From Synechococcus sp. (lineage in GTDB: Bacteria; Cyanobacteriota; Cyanobacteriia; Thermostichales; PCC-7336): 58,269 nt of DNA. A program made the position numbers and the translations under genes. Shown in pieces: positions 20,034 through 29,923 of the stretch. The stretch spans positions 1 to 58,269 of the forward strand of contig JBFRWD010000141.1 in the NCBI GenBank assembly GCA_051439425.1, read 5' to 3'. Within the stretch, counting starts at the first letter, position 1. Each line of letters starts with the position of its first letter. A model generated the notes under the pieces. It saw nothing but the letters and a program-made list of their open reading frames with translations, searched no databases and was not told where the DNA came from.

Positions 20034-21197
20034 CTAAGACTTGAAAACAATACTCGGATCGACCCGTGTTGCTTTTTGGATGGCGAAAATTGCCGAACAG
20101 GAACACATGGCGATTGTTAATCCAAACACCCCCGCTGCAATGGTGGGGGTGATCAAGATTAGCACTCCCTGTGACAACAATGCCCAGCGACTTAACCCTA
20201 GGCAAAGCGCCATCCCGGGGGCATATCCCAATACCGCCATTAATACTGCTTGTCGCAGAATAATTCCGTAGAGCATACGATCGTCAGCCCCCATTGCCTT
20301 GAGAGTGCCGTAATCCTGTAGGCGATCGCTAACGGACGAATACAAAATCTGCCCCACAATTGCAACGCCCACAATAATGCCCACCACGGCTCCCATCCCC
20401 AAAATAAAGCCCACCCCCGTGCGATCGCTCCAGTAAGAGCGGGTCCGAGAAATCATTTCGGATTTGGGAAACGCAACATATCCAGGGAGAACGGTAGAAA
20501 TTTGTTGCGACACTTGCTCGAAATCAGCATCATCAGCCAGGTCCAGCAAGAAATATGTCGTAGGACCGACTGGCAGCGAGCTATCGTCATCTGCCGGAAC
20601 GTAGGGCAAGCCCAAATAATCGTAAGTATTAGCAAGTGACAGATAAACATGCGTACTGGATGCAATAGACTGGCTGTCGCGCACAATCCCAGCCAACTCC
20701 ACAAAAATCAGATTGAGTTCAGCCAGCTCTCCAACAGTCGTGACCCCCAAAGAATCCAGATTGGCCCGATCGGCGATCGCAGTAAACGGTCGGTTCAATT
20801 CCTCTCGCGCACCTTCAATTAGGGGGCCAGGATTGAACAGCCTGCCATTCGGGTCAAAACCATACATGCGGACTGGCGTTAACTCCCCCGCCTCAGAGTC
20901 CCATCGGTTTGAGGACAGCAGTAAAGGTTCGACTGTCTCTACACCATCGATTTCCAGCAGGTCATCCACTTGCTCGGTGGATAGAGACGATGATGTCAGC
21001 TCTAGATAGACCATGTCCTCCGACGCTACCCATACCTCTGCCGGAGAGTTTTCAATCACTAAGGTGGTGGAGCGGGTAAAGCCTTCCAGAATGCCAGTCT
21101 GGATCGTCACCAAACTGACGGCAAACATGATTCCTGCTTGGGCAACCAACAGTCTGGGAATATCGGAAAACAGGTTGCGGCGAGCGATCGAAACCAT
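20034..21197 (-). CDS. DevC/FtsX-like ABC exporter permease
   Basis: MVSIARRNL...AGIMFAVSLVTIQ, GQILYSSVSD...YGTLKAMGA, VDPSIVFKS. Confidence 0.85.
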   Translation of the reverse strand: MVSIARRNLFSDIPRLLVAQAGIMFAVSLVTIQTGILEGFTRSTTLVIENSPAEVWVASEDMVYLELTSSSLSTEQVDDLLEIDGVETVEPLLLSSNRWDSEAGELTPVRMYGFDPNGRLFNPGPLIEGAREELNRPFTAIADRANLDSLGVTTVGELAELNLIFVELAGIVRDSQSIASSTHVYLSLANTYDYLGLPYVPADDDSSLPVGPTTYFLLDLADDADFEQVSQQISTVLPGYVAFPKSEMISRTRSYWSDRTGVGFILGMGAVVGIIVGVAIVGQILYSSVSDRLQDYGTLKAMGADDRMLYGIILRQAVLMAVLGYAPGMALCLGLSRWALLSQGVLILITPTIAAGVFGLTIAMCSCSAIFAIQKATRVDPSIVFKS

Positions 21198-21600
21198 TGA
21201 GGAAACCAAACAGGACAAGGGAATACAACAGGACAGTTCCTACTCTGAATACCGGTCGAGGACCGGCTGATGAACGGAACACAGGTCGCACATTCGATAG
21301 CACTGCGGATGAGTTAGAAGCGATAAGCACTCTCCACTCTATTCGCCTGCTACCCAAAATCGGCGAACCGAGCAGCGATGAATCCTCCAATCTTGAACAT
21401 CACTGCAGTGAGCGCCAAGCAATTAGACAGGAGTGGGGACGATCGCCAAACTGGCACCACCTCTCCGCATCTAGCAAGCGTCTCTACCTACCATCCAAAT
21501 ATGGCCGTGTCGTCAATTGCATCTGGAGACCACTATGCCCATCTCTTGCCAATCTTCGTCAGCCGTACATACTCAAAAGCAAGGGTGTTTCAGTGCGGTG

Positions 21601-23478
21601 ATGATGTCCTCTAAAGAACTATCAAGTAGCGAACTATCAAACTCAGTCACGCTCCCAGTGCTCTGGCAACAGTTAGCCGAGCAATTTGGCAATCGCCCCG
21701 CCCTGCGTGCTCCCCACAGCAAGCCGTCTTTAACCCTCAGCTACCGAGATGTATATCGGGAAGCGCTTCTGTTTGCCAGTGGCTTACAAGCACTGGGACT
21801 GACCAAAGGAGATAGCGTCGCTATCATCTCCGAAAACTCTCCCCGCTGGTTTATCTCCGACGCGGGCACCATGATGGCGGGACTGGTGAATGCCCCCCGC
21901 AGTTCAGTGGCTGATGCGCAAGAACTGGCCTATATCGTCCGCCACAGCCAAAGCAAAGCAGTCATAGTCGAACATGCCAAAGCTTGGTCAAAGCTTGAGC
22001 CTGAATTAACGGACTACCCTCTCAATCTCGTCATCCTTCTCTCCGACGAACAGGTGGATGGATGCATGACCTTCGCAGACGTTCAAGCTCAAGGAGAGTC
22101 GCACCCATTCACCCCCCAACCCCTGACCCGGAACGATTTAGCCACCCTGATTTACACCTCCGGTACTACTGGCAAACCGAAAGGTGTCATGCTCTCCCAC
22201 GGCAATCTCATGCATCAGGTGGAAGCCCTGCGCCAGCTCATGCAATTGGAAGATGGCGATCGCGTCCTGTCCATCCTGCCCACCTGGCACGCCTACGAGC
22301 GAGCCGGAGAATATTTTGTGTTGAGTCAGGGGTGCACGCTGATATACACCGGCCCGCGTTACCTTAAAAAAGATTTGGCCAAAGAAAAGCCCCACTTCAT
22401 GGTGGCAGTACCGCGCATTTGGGAGTTGCTGTACGACGGTATTCAACAACAACTTAAGCAGCAAGAGGGCTTCAAGAAGCAACTGGCTGAATTTTTCTTG
22501 GCAGTCAGCGATCGCTATCTCACCCAGAAGCGCATTGCCGAGAATACCTCTCTAGACCATTTCGACATCTCTCTGCTAGCCAGACTGCAGGCGAAGCTGC
22601 AGGCTGCTGCTCTGGCACCGATACACGCACTGGGCGATCTCCTAATTTACGCCAACATTAGGAACGCCATTGCACCGCAACTCCGGTATGCGGCTAGCGG
22701 CGGTGGCTCTCTGCCCAACCACATCGATCGCTTTTTCGAACTAGTTGGAATTGAAGTGCTGAACGGTTATGGATTGACTGAAACGTCACCCGTATTGGCC
22801 GGACGCAGCCCCAGTCATAACGTTCGCGGATCGGTGGGTCGAGCCATTGTCGGCACGGAGATTCAGATTGTCGATCCCGCTACACATCAGCCACTGCCTC
22901 AAGGCAGCATTGGTCTCGTTTTTGCCCGTGGCCCGCAAGTTATGCAGGGATATTTCAATAATCCCGAAGCGACGGCTAAAGTCCTAACCACTGACCGATG
23001 GTTCAATACCGAGGATCTAGGCTGGCTCACTCCTGATGGCGATCTGGTATTGACCGGCCGGGCTAAAGATACCATCGTGCTGCGTAATGGAGAAAACATC
23101 GAGCCGGTGCCCCTAGAGGATGCGTGCAGTCGCAGCCCGTATATTTCTCAAATTGTGGTGGTGGGTCAGGATCAAAAGCGCCTGGGGGCATTAGTGGTGC
23201 CGAACGAAGAGGCGATCGCTGATTGGGCACAATCCCACGGATTACAGACGGACGGAATTTTAGAGCAGTCTGAAACTCGCGAGCTCCTGGCCGCTGAACT
23301 CAAACAACGGGTCAAAGAACGTCCGGGCTATCGAGCTGACGACACCATTGCCGATTTCCGCCTCGTGCCGGAACCGTTCACAGTGGAGAACGGGTTGATG
23401 ACGCAGACCCTAAAAGTGAAACGCAAGCAGGCGATCGCACGCTACACCAACCTTGTGGCTGACATGTACTCCGATTAG
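21601..23478 (+). CDS. aas: Long-chain acyl-ACP/acyl-CoA synthetase (Aas-type AMP-binding enzyme)
   Basis: YTSGTTGKPKG, GYGLTET, GRAKDTIVLRNGENIEP, TQTLKVKR. Confidence 0.88.
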   Translation: MMSSKELSSSELSNSVTLPVLWQQLAEQFGNRPALRAPHSKPSLTLSYRDVYREALLFASGLQALGLTKGDSVAIISENSPRWFISDAGTMMAGLVNAPRSSVADAQELAYIVRHSQSKAVIVEHAKAWSKLEPELTDYPLNLVILLSDEQVDGCMTFADVQAQGESHPFTPQPLTRNDLATLIYTSGTTGKPKGVMLSHGNLMHQVEALRQLMQLEDGDRVLSILPTWHAYERAGEYFVLSQGCTLIYTGPRYLKKDLAKEKPHFMVAVPRIWELLYDGIQQQLKQQEGFKKQLAEFFLAVSDRYLTQKRIAENTSLDHFDISLLARLQAKLQAAALAPIHALGDLLIYANIRNAIAPQLRYAASGGGSLPNHIDRFFELVGIEVLNGYGLTETSPVLAGRSPSHNVRGSVGRAIVGTEIQIVDPATHQPLPQGSIGLVFARGPQVMQGYFNNPEATAKVLTTDRWFNTEDLGWLTPDGDLVLTGRAKDTIVLRNGENIEPVPLEDACSRSPYISQIVVVGQDQKRLGALVVPNEEAIADWAQSHGLQTDGILEQSETRELLAAELKQRVKERPGYRADDTIADFRLVPEPFTVENGLMTQTLKVKRKQAIARYTNLVADMYSD

Positions 23479-23634
23479 TGGAACCTCTTTACCGGTGTTC
23501 CGTACAGTAAGGAGTTATCGCTCTCTATTTGAATGCACGGATCGACTCACGGATTCTTGACTCACGGATTGACTTGATGGGTCAACAGTTCTCCCGTCCG
23601 CATCCATACATCCGCTATTCAACTGACCTTCGTA

Positions 23635-24999
23635 TTGACCTCTATGCTGCAGATAGATTCCGTCCAGCCCCCCCTCAAATTTGTCCCTCCCATTTTCAAT
23701 CCCATCGTGTTCCCGGTTCTGAAAATCTTGGGGCCGTTGTGGATGAAGCGCAACGCCAGTGTGGATGGGGTGACAATTGACAATCCCGAACCTTTAGTGG
23801 ATTTATTCCGGTCGTTCTACGCCAAAAAAGCTCGGTTTATCCTGGCCTTCCGCCATCCATCAACAGACGATCCGCCTTCAATCGAGCACATGATGCTGAG
23901 CGTGTTACCTCGCCTCGCCAAGCAAATGGGCAAGCCCATCCCTGGTGAGGGGCACGCCCATTATCTATACGAGCGCGGCATTTTGATGTGGGGTGGGGTG
24001 GGTGCTCGCTGGTTATTTCCCCGCATGGGCTCGGTACCGATCAAACGAGGAACAGTGGATCGCACGGCCCTAAAGATGACGCGAGAATTGCTGGTGGATG
24101 GCCCATTTCCGTTGGCGATGGCTCCCGAGGGGACGGTGAATGGCTACAGCGAAATTATCAATCCGCTAGAGCCAGGCGTGGCACAAATGGGATTTTGGTG
24201 TGTGGATGACTTACAAAAAGCGGGACGCGATGAGGAAGTTTTTATTGTGCCGATTGGCTTGCGCTACACATTTAACCGAACACCGTGGCGCAAGATTCAT
24301 CAGCTACTCTGCGAATTGGAAACCGATTGCGGTTTGGATGTAGCACAGTCGCTCCCCTCACTGCAGGGTAAGGCGCTGGGGTTGTGGTTCCGCGATCGCC
24401 TCGTCAAGCTAGGCGATTATCTCCTCCCTCAAGTGGAGCAGTTCTACATCCAGTTTTACGGTCAGAAGTTATCGCAAGAAGGTGGATTGCAGGATCGCTT
24501 GAACGCACTACTCTCTGCATCCCTCAGCGTTCCGGAACGGGCGTTCGACATGAAGCCAAAGGGAGAATTGATCGAACGACGACACAAAATCGAGCAGGCG
24601 GCGTGGAATCGCATATTCCGCGAAGATATTGAAAATATCGAGCAATTGTCGATGGTCGAAAAGGCGCTGGCCGATCGCGTCGCCAAAGAAGCCAACGACC
24701 TGCTGTGGCACATGCGCATTGTGGAAAATTTCGTTGCCTTGCGACAAGATTACGTGGCTGAGAATCCGACCCCCGAACGAGTGGCCGAAACATCGGTCAT
24801 TTTGTGGGACTTAGTTGCCCGCCTGCAGAATAAGCCAGTGGGATCGAAACCGAAACTGGGTCAACGAACGGCAAAATTTACCATTGGCGACCCCATTTCC
24901 GTCACAAGTTATCGGGACAGTTATAAGGCCGATCGGCGTGGTGCGGTCGCATCGGTCACCAACGATTTGCAGGCTGCATTAGAAAACATGCTTCCATAA
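23635..24999 (+). CDS. Phospholipid/glycerol acyltransferase (PlsC-like, long cyanobacterial type)
   Basis: HxxxxD block FRHPSTDDP, IKRG, APEGT, IVPIGL. Confidence 0.85.
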   Translation: MTSMLQIDSVQPPLKFVPPIFNPIVFPVLKILGPLWMKRNASVDGVTIDNPEPLVDLFRSFYAKKARFILAFRHPSTDDPPSIEHMMLSVLPRLAKQMGKPIPGEGHAHYLYERGILMWGGVGARWLFPRMGSVPIKRGTVDRTALKMTRELLVDGPFPLAMAPEGTVNGYSEIINPLEPGVAQMGFWCVDDLQKAGRDEEVFIVPIGLRYTFNRTPWRKIHQLLCELETDCGLDVAQSLPSLQGKALGLWFRDRLVKLGDYLLPQVEQFYIQFYGQKLSQEGGLQDRLNALLSASLSVPERAFDMKPKGELIERRHKIEQAAWNRIFREDIENIEQLSMVEKALADRVAKEANDLLWHMRIVENFVALRQDYVAENPTPERVAETSVILWDLVARLQNKPVGSKPKLGQRTAKFTIGDPISVTSYRDSYKADRRGAVASVTNDLQAALENMLP

Positions 25000-25031
25000 G
25001 AGAAGCGATCGTTACATAAGATTAATTTTCT

Positions 25032-26453
25032 ATGAGTTCCAGCGTCGATCGGGGCATCCAGCCTGCGGCACCTTCTTCCCCACGTTCTGAAAAGCTGAGC
25101 CTGGTGACCAAGCTTGCGTTCGGTGTAGGGGATATGGGAGCGGGCATGACCGCCACCATCATGGTGTTTTACCTGCTCTACTTCCTCACGGAAGTAGCGG
25201 GCTTGCCTCCCGGTATGGCAGGAACCGTGCTGCTGATCGGCAAAGGCTGGGATGCTATTAACGATCCGCTGATTGGCAGCTTGAGCGATCGCACCAAATC
25301 TCGCTGGGGTCGTCGCCATTCCTGGATGTTGCTGGCAGCGTTTCCCTTTGGAATTGCATTTTTTGTGGGCTGGCTCGTACCGGACTTTGGGGTGAATGTT
25401 GCCGACAATCCCTGGCCTTTGTTCTGGTATTACACGATTGTCGCCATCCTGTTTCACACCTTTTACACCTGCTTTAATCTGCCCTACGCAGCTCTCACCC
25501 CAGAGCTGACTGAAGATTACAACGAGCGCACGAGCCTGAATAGCTTTCGATTCACCTTTTCAATCGGCGGCAGCATCCTAGCGCTTCTAATGGCCCAGGT
25601 CATTTCTAGTATGGTGAGCGATTCGAAGCTGCAGTTCACACTGTTGGCAGGGGCGATTGCTATCGTGGCCGTGATCCCCATTTTCTTGTGTGTGTGGGGA
25701 ACCGAAGAACGCTACAGTTCGTCCACCGAACACCCTCTATCCCCCCTCGATCAAATCAAAATTGCGTTTGGCACGCGCTCGTTTTTATTCGTCATCGGGA
25801 TTTATTTGGCATCCTGGCTCTCATTTCAACTGACTGCCAGTATTATTCCGTTCTACGCCGAGCATTGGATGGGATTGGACGATGCAACTCCCTTAGCACT
25901 AACGGTACAGAGTACGGCGATCGCAATGCTATTTGTGTGGAGCCGTCTCAGCCGCCGGTTAGGAAAGCGAATGGTCTACTTCATGGGCATGTCATTGTGG
26001 ATGATTGCCCAAATCTTTTTGTTCTTTCTACCGCAAGGACAGGTGGGATTTTTATATTTCCTCTGTGTATTGGCAGGGATGGGGGTCTCTACTGCCTACC
26101 TCATTCCCTGGTCCATGATTCCCGATGTCATTGACGAAGATGAGCTGAATACAGGGGAACGGCGAGAAGGTATTTTTTACGCATTCATGGTTCTACTGCA
26201 AAAGATGGGGCTGGCCTTCGGTCTATTTCTAGTGGGACAGGCCCTGGAATTCTCGGGGTTTGACAGCGAGCTTGTGGCTCAGCCGGAATCCGCCCTGATG
26301 GCAATCCGAGTCGCGATCGGGCCACTTCCCTCATTTTTCCTCGTCTGTGGATTGGTGTTGGCGTTTTTCTATCCCATCACCCGCAAGCGCCATGCCGAGA
26401 TTTTGCAGCAACTTCACGAGCGCAAGGGATTGCCAGCTCCCACTTGCGACTAA
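25032..26453 (+). CDS. GPH/MelB-family (MFSD2-like) MFS cation symporter
   Basis: GKGWDAINDPLIG..SDRT.SRWGRR, NLPYAALTPELT.DYNERTSL, IPWSMIPDVIDE, RREGIFY. Confidence 0.9.
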   Translation: MSSSVDRGIQPAAPSSPRSEKLSLVTKLAFGVGDMGAGMTATIMVFYLLYFLTEVAGLPPGMAGTVLLIGKGWDAINDPLIGSLSDRTKSRWGRRHSWMLLAAFPFGIAFFVGWLVPDFGVNVADNPWPLFWYYTIVAILFHTFYTCFNLPYAALTPELTEDYNERTSLNSFRFTFSIGGSILALLMAQVISSMVSDSKLQFTLLAGAIAIVAVIPIFLCVWGTEERYSSSTEHPLSPLDQIKIAFGTRSFLFVIGIYLASWLSFQLTASIIPFYAEHWMGLDDATPLALTVQSTAIAMLFVWSRLSRRLGKRMVYFMGMSLWMIAQIFLFFLPQGQVGFLYFLCVLAGMGVSTAYLIPWSMIPDVIDEDELNTGERREGIFYAFMVLLQKMGLAFGLFLVGQALEFSGFDSELVAQPESALMAIRVAIGPLPSFFLVCGLVLAFFYPITRKRHAEILQQLHERKGLPAPTCD

Positions 26454-26510
26454 CGAACTTACAGTCATCTCTATGGATCTGTACACGATTCATCCTTAGC
26501 AAGGTAGTTA

Positions 26511-27227
26511 ATGAATATTGCTGAATTGTTCGAGTCTCTGCATCACCGCCTGATTGTGTCCTGCCAAGCGGAGGGAGATAGTCCGTTTAATTCTCCTGAA
26601 GGTGTGGCCATGTTTGCGCAACTGGCGGAACAGAACGGAGCTGCAGCCATCCGCTCTGAAGGCACGGCCAAAACACGGGAAATTGTAAATCGGGTTTCCG
26701 TGCCGGCGATCGGACTCGTGAAGTCCGAATTTCCAGATGGCACTGTCTGTATTACGGGATCGTTTCAAGCGGTGGAGGAATTGCTGGAGACAGGCTGCGA
26801 TGTGGTGGCCATTGATGGCACGTTGCGATCGCGTCCTATCCCTGATGACGCTTACACTGGTCCTCAGTTCATTCGCGAAGTCAAGCATCGCTACAACTGC
26901 ATCGTCATGGCCGATATCTCAACGGATGCAGATGCCAAGGCCTGCGTAGAAGCAGGAGCAGACTGCTTGTCCACAACCTTGAGTGGATACACCCCCGAAA
27001 CAGCGAACCTGCCAAGAGACTGCCCCAATCTCGATCTACTGGCACGACTGGCAGACACCTACGATATTCCGATCGTTGCCGAGGGACGCTTTAACTCGCC
27101 GCAATGGGCAGCACAGGCGATCGCCAATGGGGCTTGGGCTGTTGTTGTCGGCTCGGCTATCACGCGACCGGGAACCATTACCCGCTGGTTCTCTGAGGCA
27201 ATTGCAGACGCGGCAGCGGATGTTTAG
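26511..27227 (+). CDS. nanE: N-acetylmannosamine-6-phosphate 2-epimerase
   Basis: LIVSCQA, IGLVK, MADIST, TTLSGYT, AEGR, VVVGSAITRP. Confidence 0.93.
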   Translation: MNIAELFESLHHRLIVSCQAEGDSPFNSPEGVAMFAQLAEQNGAAAIRSEGTAKTREIVNRVSVPAIGLVKSEFPDGTVCITGSFQAVEELLETGCDVVAIDGTLRSRPIPDDAYTGPQFIREVKHRYNCIVMADISTDADAKACVEAGADCLSTTLSGYTPETANLPRDCPNLDLLARLADTYDIPIVAEGRFNSPQWAAQAIANGAWAVVVGSAITRPGTITRWFSEAIADAAADV

Positions 27228-27249
27228 CAACACATAGGACGTCCCGGTA

Positions 27250-27300
27250 GGCGTCAGCCACTATCGGCCGCCACGCACTCGGCCACCAGTGGTTGATGCC
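27250..27300 (+). terminator. Long stem-loop downstream of nanE (terminator or 3' stabilising hairpin)
   Basis: GGCGTCAGCCACT pairs with AGTGGTTGATGCC (2 G-U), inner GGCCG/CGGCC; no U-tract. Confidence 0.45.
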
Positions 27301-27384
27301 TCGTAACTATTGATAGGCTGACCGAAGTGAATATCTCTTGGCCTGCCAGACTATGTTGCATCACTAAGACTGTGTTGCAGTGCA

Positions 27385-29352
27385 ATGGCGGGAATCGAGT
27401 TCAGCTTGAAACGCGTGAGGATGCTCCTGATGATCCCCTTCAAGATGGCTATCTCTCAACACTTGCAGGCCATTGTATTGGCGAGTGCTGGGCTGGCGGG
27501 TGCGGGACTGGTGTTGCCAGGCTTTGTCGCTGATGCTCAAGAAGCCCTGGTTGCGGAGTCACGAGAAGTCGAGTGCGAGATTCTTATTGCGGGGGGCGGC
27601 ATGGGAGGAGTTGCCGCTGCTTACGACAGCTTGCGACTGGGTCGCCAAGTGTGCATGACGGAGATTACCGATTGGATTGGCGGGCAAGCCACCGCTCAGG
27701 GAGTATCGGCCCTCGATGAGCGTCCGCTGCAGCGAGATAACAATATCTTTCCATCGGGATATAGCGAATTTCGCGATCGCATCGTAGAGACATACGATGG
27801 CGATCCAAATCCCGGCAAGTGCTGGGTCAGCGTGCTGTGCTTCTCACCTCAGGTCGGCCACCAAGTCTTGTTAGAGATGCTGCAACCCTATGTAGATTCG
27901 GGACAACTGCAGCTCTTTACGGACACCGTTGTTTCTGCGGTCGATACAAACGGGAACCTGGTTAAGTCGGTGGCAGCAATTTCCAATTTTCCCCGCCGCC
28001 CCGAGCTGGAGGGAGGCAATCGAGGCAATTTGTCGGAGTACATCCTGGAGTTTTACGAGCCCCAGCCATCGGCTGATTGGGACAAGCAACTGATTACATT
28101 TGTGCCACCGAGAGATCGCTCCAATCGCAAGATCCCCTGGATGGTGATTGATGCCACCGAAACCGGCGAGCTATGGCCTCTCTCGGGAGTGCCATATTTG
28201 TTAGGGACCGATAGCTTGGCCCAATATTGGGAGCCTTCGGCTAAAGATGTTGCAACCCCCTATTGCACGCAGGGATTTACTTACACATTCGTCATGGAGC
28301 GGACAGCTACACCACAAGTGCCGATTCGACCGGATTTCTACGATGACGTAGATCATGGACGGTACTACAGCTTCGAGCAAGATCGGTTTGATTTCGCAGC
28401 CGTATTCACCTATCGCCGCATCCAAGGAGCAGTTGGCATCAGCAATATCAATGACGCTGACGCTATCAGCATTGGTGACCAATCGATGCAGAACTGGACA
28501 TGGGGGAATGACTGGCGCATTTCCACCCCCGATCGCAACTTCATTCTCACTCAGCAGCAACTGGAAGACTCCGGGCAATTAGACCCTGGAGGTTGGCGCG
28601 GAGGGCTACGGCAATACGCACTAGAACGGGGAGAACAACATGCGCTTGGATACTTTTACTGGCTGATGGCAGGTCGCACGGACTTCTTACTTGGAGATAG
28701 CCCGGAATTCGAACCCAATTACAACTTTTATTACCGGTTGATGACTGGAGCAGATTCGCCTATGGGAACGGCGAGCGGGCTATCCCGGTACCCTTACATT
28801 CGCGAGAGTCGTCGGCTATTGGGGCGTCCGGGTGTGGGATATCCGGATGGCTTCTTGATTTACGAGTCTGATATTTCGGTTGAAGAGTCGGACTTACAGC
28901 GGGGGCGTCCGTTTGTATTTGGCGACTCAGTTGGAGTGGGTCAGTATCCGATTGATTTCCATGCCTGCGTGCAGCCGGATGATTTCTCCCCCGATCCGGC
29001 AGACATCGATTACGAAGGGGTGATTCTTGCCTACCCTTACCAAATTCCGTTGCGAGCGCTAATTCCGCAGCAGATCGACAACTTGTTAGCGGGAGCCAAG
29101 AATATTGCTGCCACTCACATTGCAGCTGCTTCGTATCGGGTCCATCCGGTGGAATGGGCGATCGGCTCGGGCTCGGGCAATGCGGCCTCATTTGCGATCG
29201 CTGAAGATATTTCACCGGCTAGCCTAGTGGATGCCATCCCAAATGACTTTGCGGATATGCAACGGCTCCAAACCCAAATCCAGTCGCTGGGAAATCCAAT
29301 TGAGTTTCCAGGTACATCGCTTGCAGACACCGAATGGGCAGAATCACGATAA
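27385..29352 (+). CDS. Exported FAD-dependent oxidoreductase; start uncertain
   Basis: Signal-like segment, ILIAGGGMGGVAAA, DATETGE, PYIRESRR, IDFH, YQIPLRALIP, YRVHPVEW. Confidence 0.85.
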   Translation: MAGIEFSLKRVRMLLMIPFKMAISQHLQAIVLASAGLAGAGLVLPGFVADAQEALVAESREVECEILIAGGGMGGVAAAYDSLRLGRQVCMTEITDWIGGQATAQGVSALDERPLQRDNNIFPSGYSEFRDRIVETYDGDPNPGKCWVSVLCFSPQVGHQVLLEMLQPYVDSGQLQLFTDTVVSAVDTNGNLVKSVAAISNFPRRPELEGGNRGNLSEYILEFYEPQPSADWDKQLITFVPPRDRSNRKIPWMVIDATETGELWPLSGVPYLLGTDSLAQYWEPSAKDVATPYCTQGFTYTFVMERTATPQVPIRPDFYDDVDHGRYYSFEQDRFDFAAVFTYRRIQGAVGISNINDADAISIGDQSMQNWTWGNDWRISTPDRNFILTQQQLEDSGQLDPGGWRGGLRQYALERGEQHALGYFYWLMAGRTDFLLGDSPEFEPNYNFYYRLMTGADSPMGTASGLSRYPYIRESRRLLGRPGVGYPDGFLIYESDISVEESDLQRGRPFVFGDSVGVGQYPIDFHACVQPDDFSPDPADIDYEGVILAYPYQIPLRALIPQQIDNLLAGAKNIAATHIAAASYRVHPVEWAIGSGSGNAASFAIAEDISPASLVDAIPNDFADMQRLQTQIQSLGNPIEFPGTSLADTEWAESR

Positions 29353-29394
29353 AACTCTGGCGATACATCTATAGAGATACTGCCAAGTTAGATG

Positions 29395-29580
29395 TTAGTC
29401 GTGATTGACACCACGTCGAAACACGGGTTTGTCGGCTTGCGAAATGATGAACCGCAATGGGGCAGTCAATGCTCTCTGGGCTTGGTGGCCAGAGTCGGCA
29501 TGCTGATGGTTCGCCAGATCGTCGGGTGCGATCGCGCTCGGAGTAGCCAAGTCAGTCGAAGTGATGGAGGTGAGCGTCAT
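29395..29580 (-). CDS. Putative 61-aa microprotein
   Basis: AGGAG RBS about 8 nt before the ATG; fills an otherwise empty intergenic region, divergent from the usp gene. Confidence 0.55.
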   Translation of the reverse strand: MTLTSITSTDLATPSAIAPDDLANHQHADSGHQAQRALTAPLRFIISQADKPVFRRGVNHD

Positions 29581-29923
29581 GTTGAAATCTCCTGTACCGG
29601 GAGAACGGAGTCGTTTGTGATGGCTTACGGCTTGACTTTATTTTATCTATCAGTAGGTAGAATGCGGCGAGCTACACCACTTGCTTGCTTCAGACTGCTC
29701 GAAACAGCACTGAGCCAGTCGTGAGCATGCTCAATCAGGAGTGGTACTTTTGGCCCTGACACATACTCAAACTCACCGCACGTTAACGAATATTGCCGTC
29801 TCTCGGTTCCACTCCTAAGCGAACGCATACTGCTATTGGAGTGTGTAGGAAGGCTTGAGTCACCGACCAAGCGTGTGCGAGCGCTATGTTCACCCCCTAC
29901 ACGTTGTAAGGAGCAATCGTGTC

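Noticed and set aside
29392..29724. 110-aa plus-strand ORF
   Set aside because: No RBS or motif; the opposite-strand 61-aa ORF has the better initiation signal.
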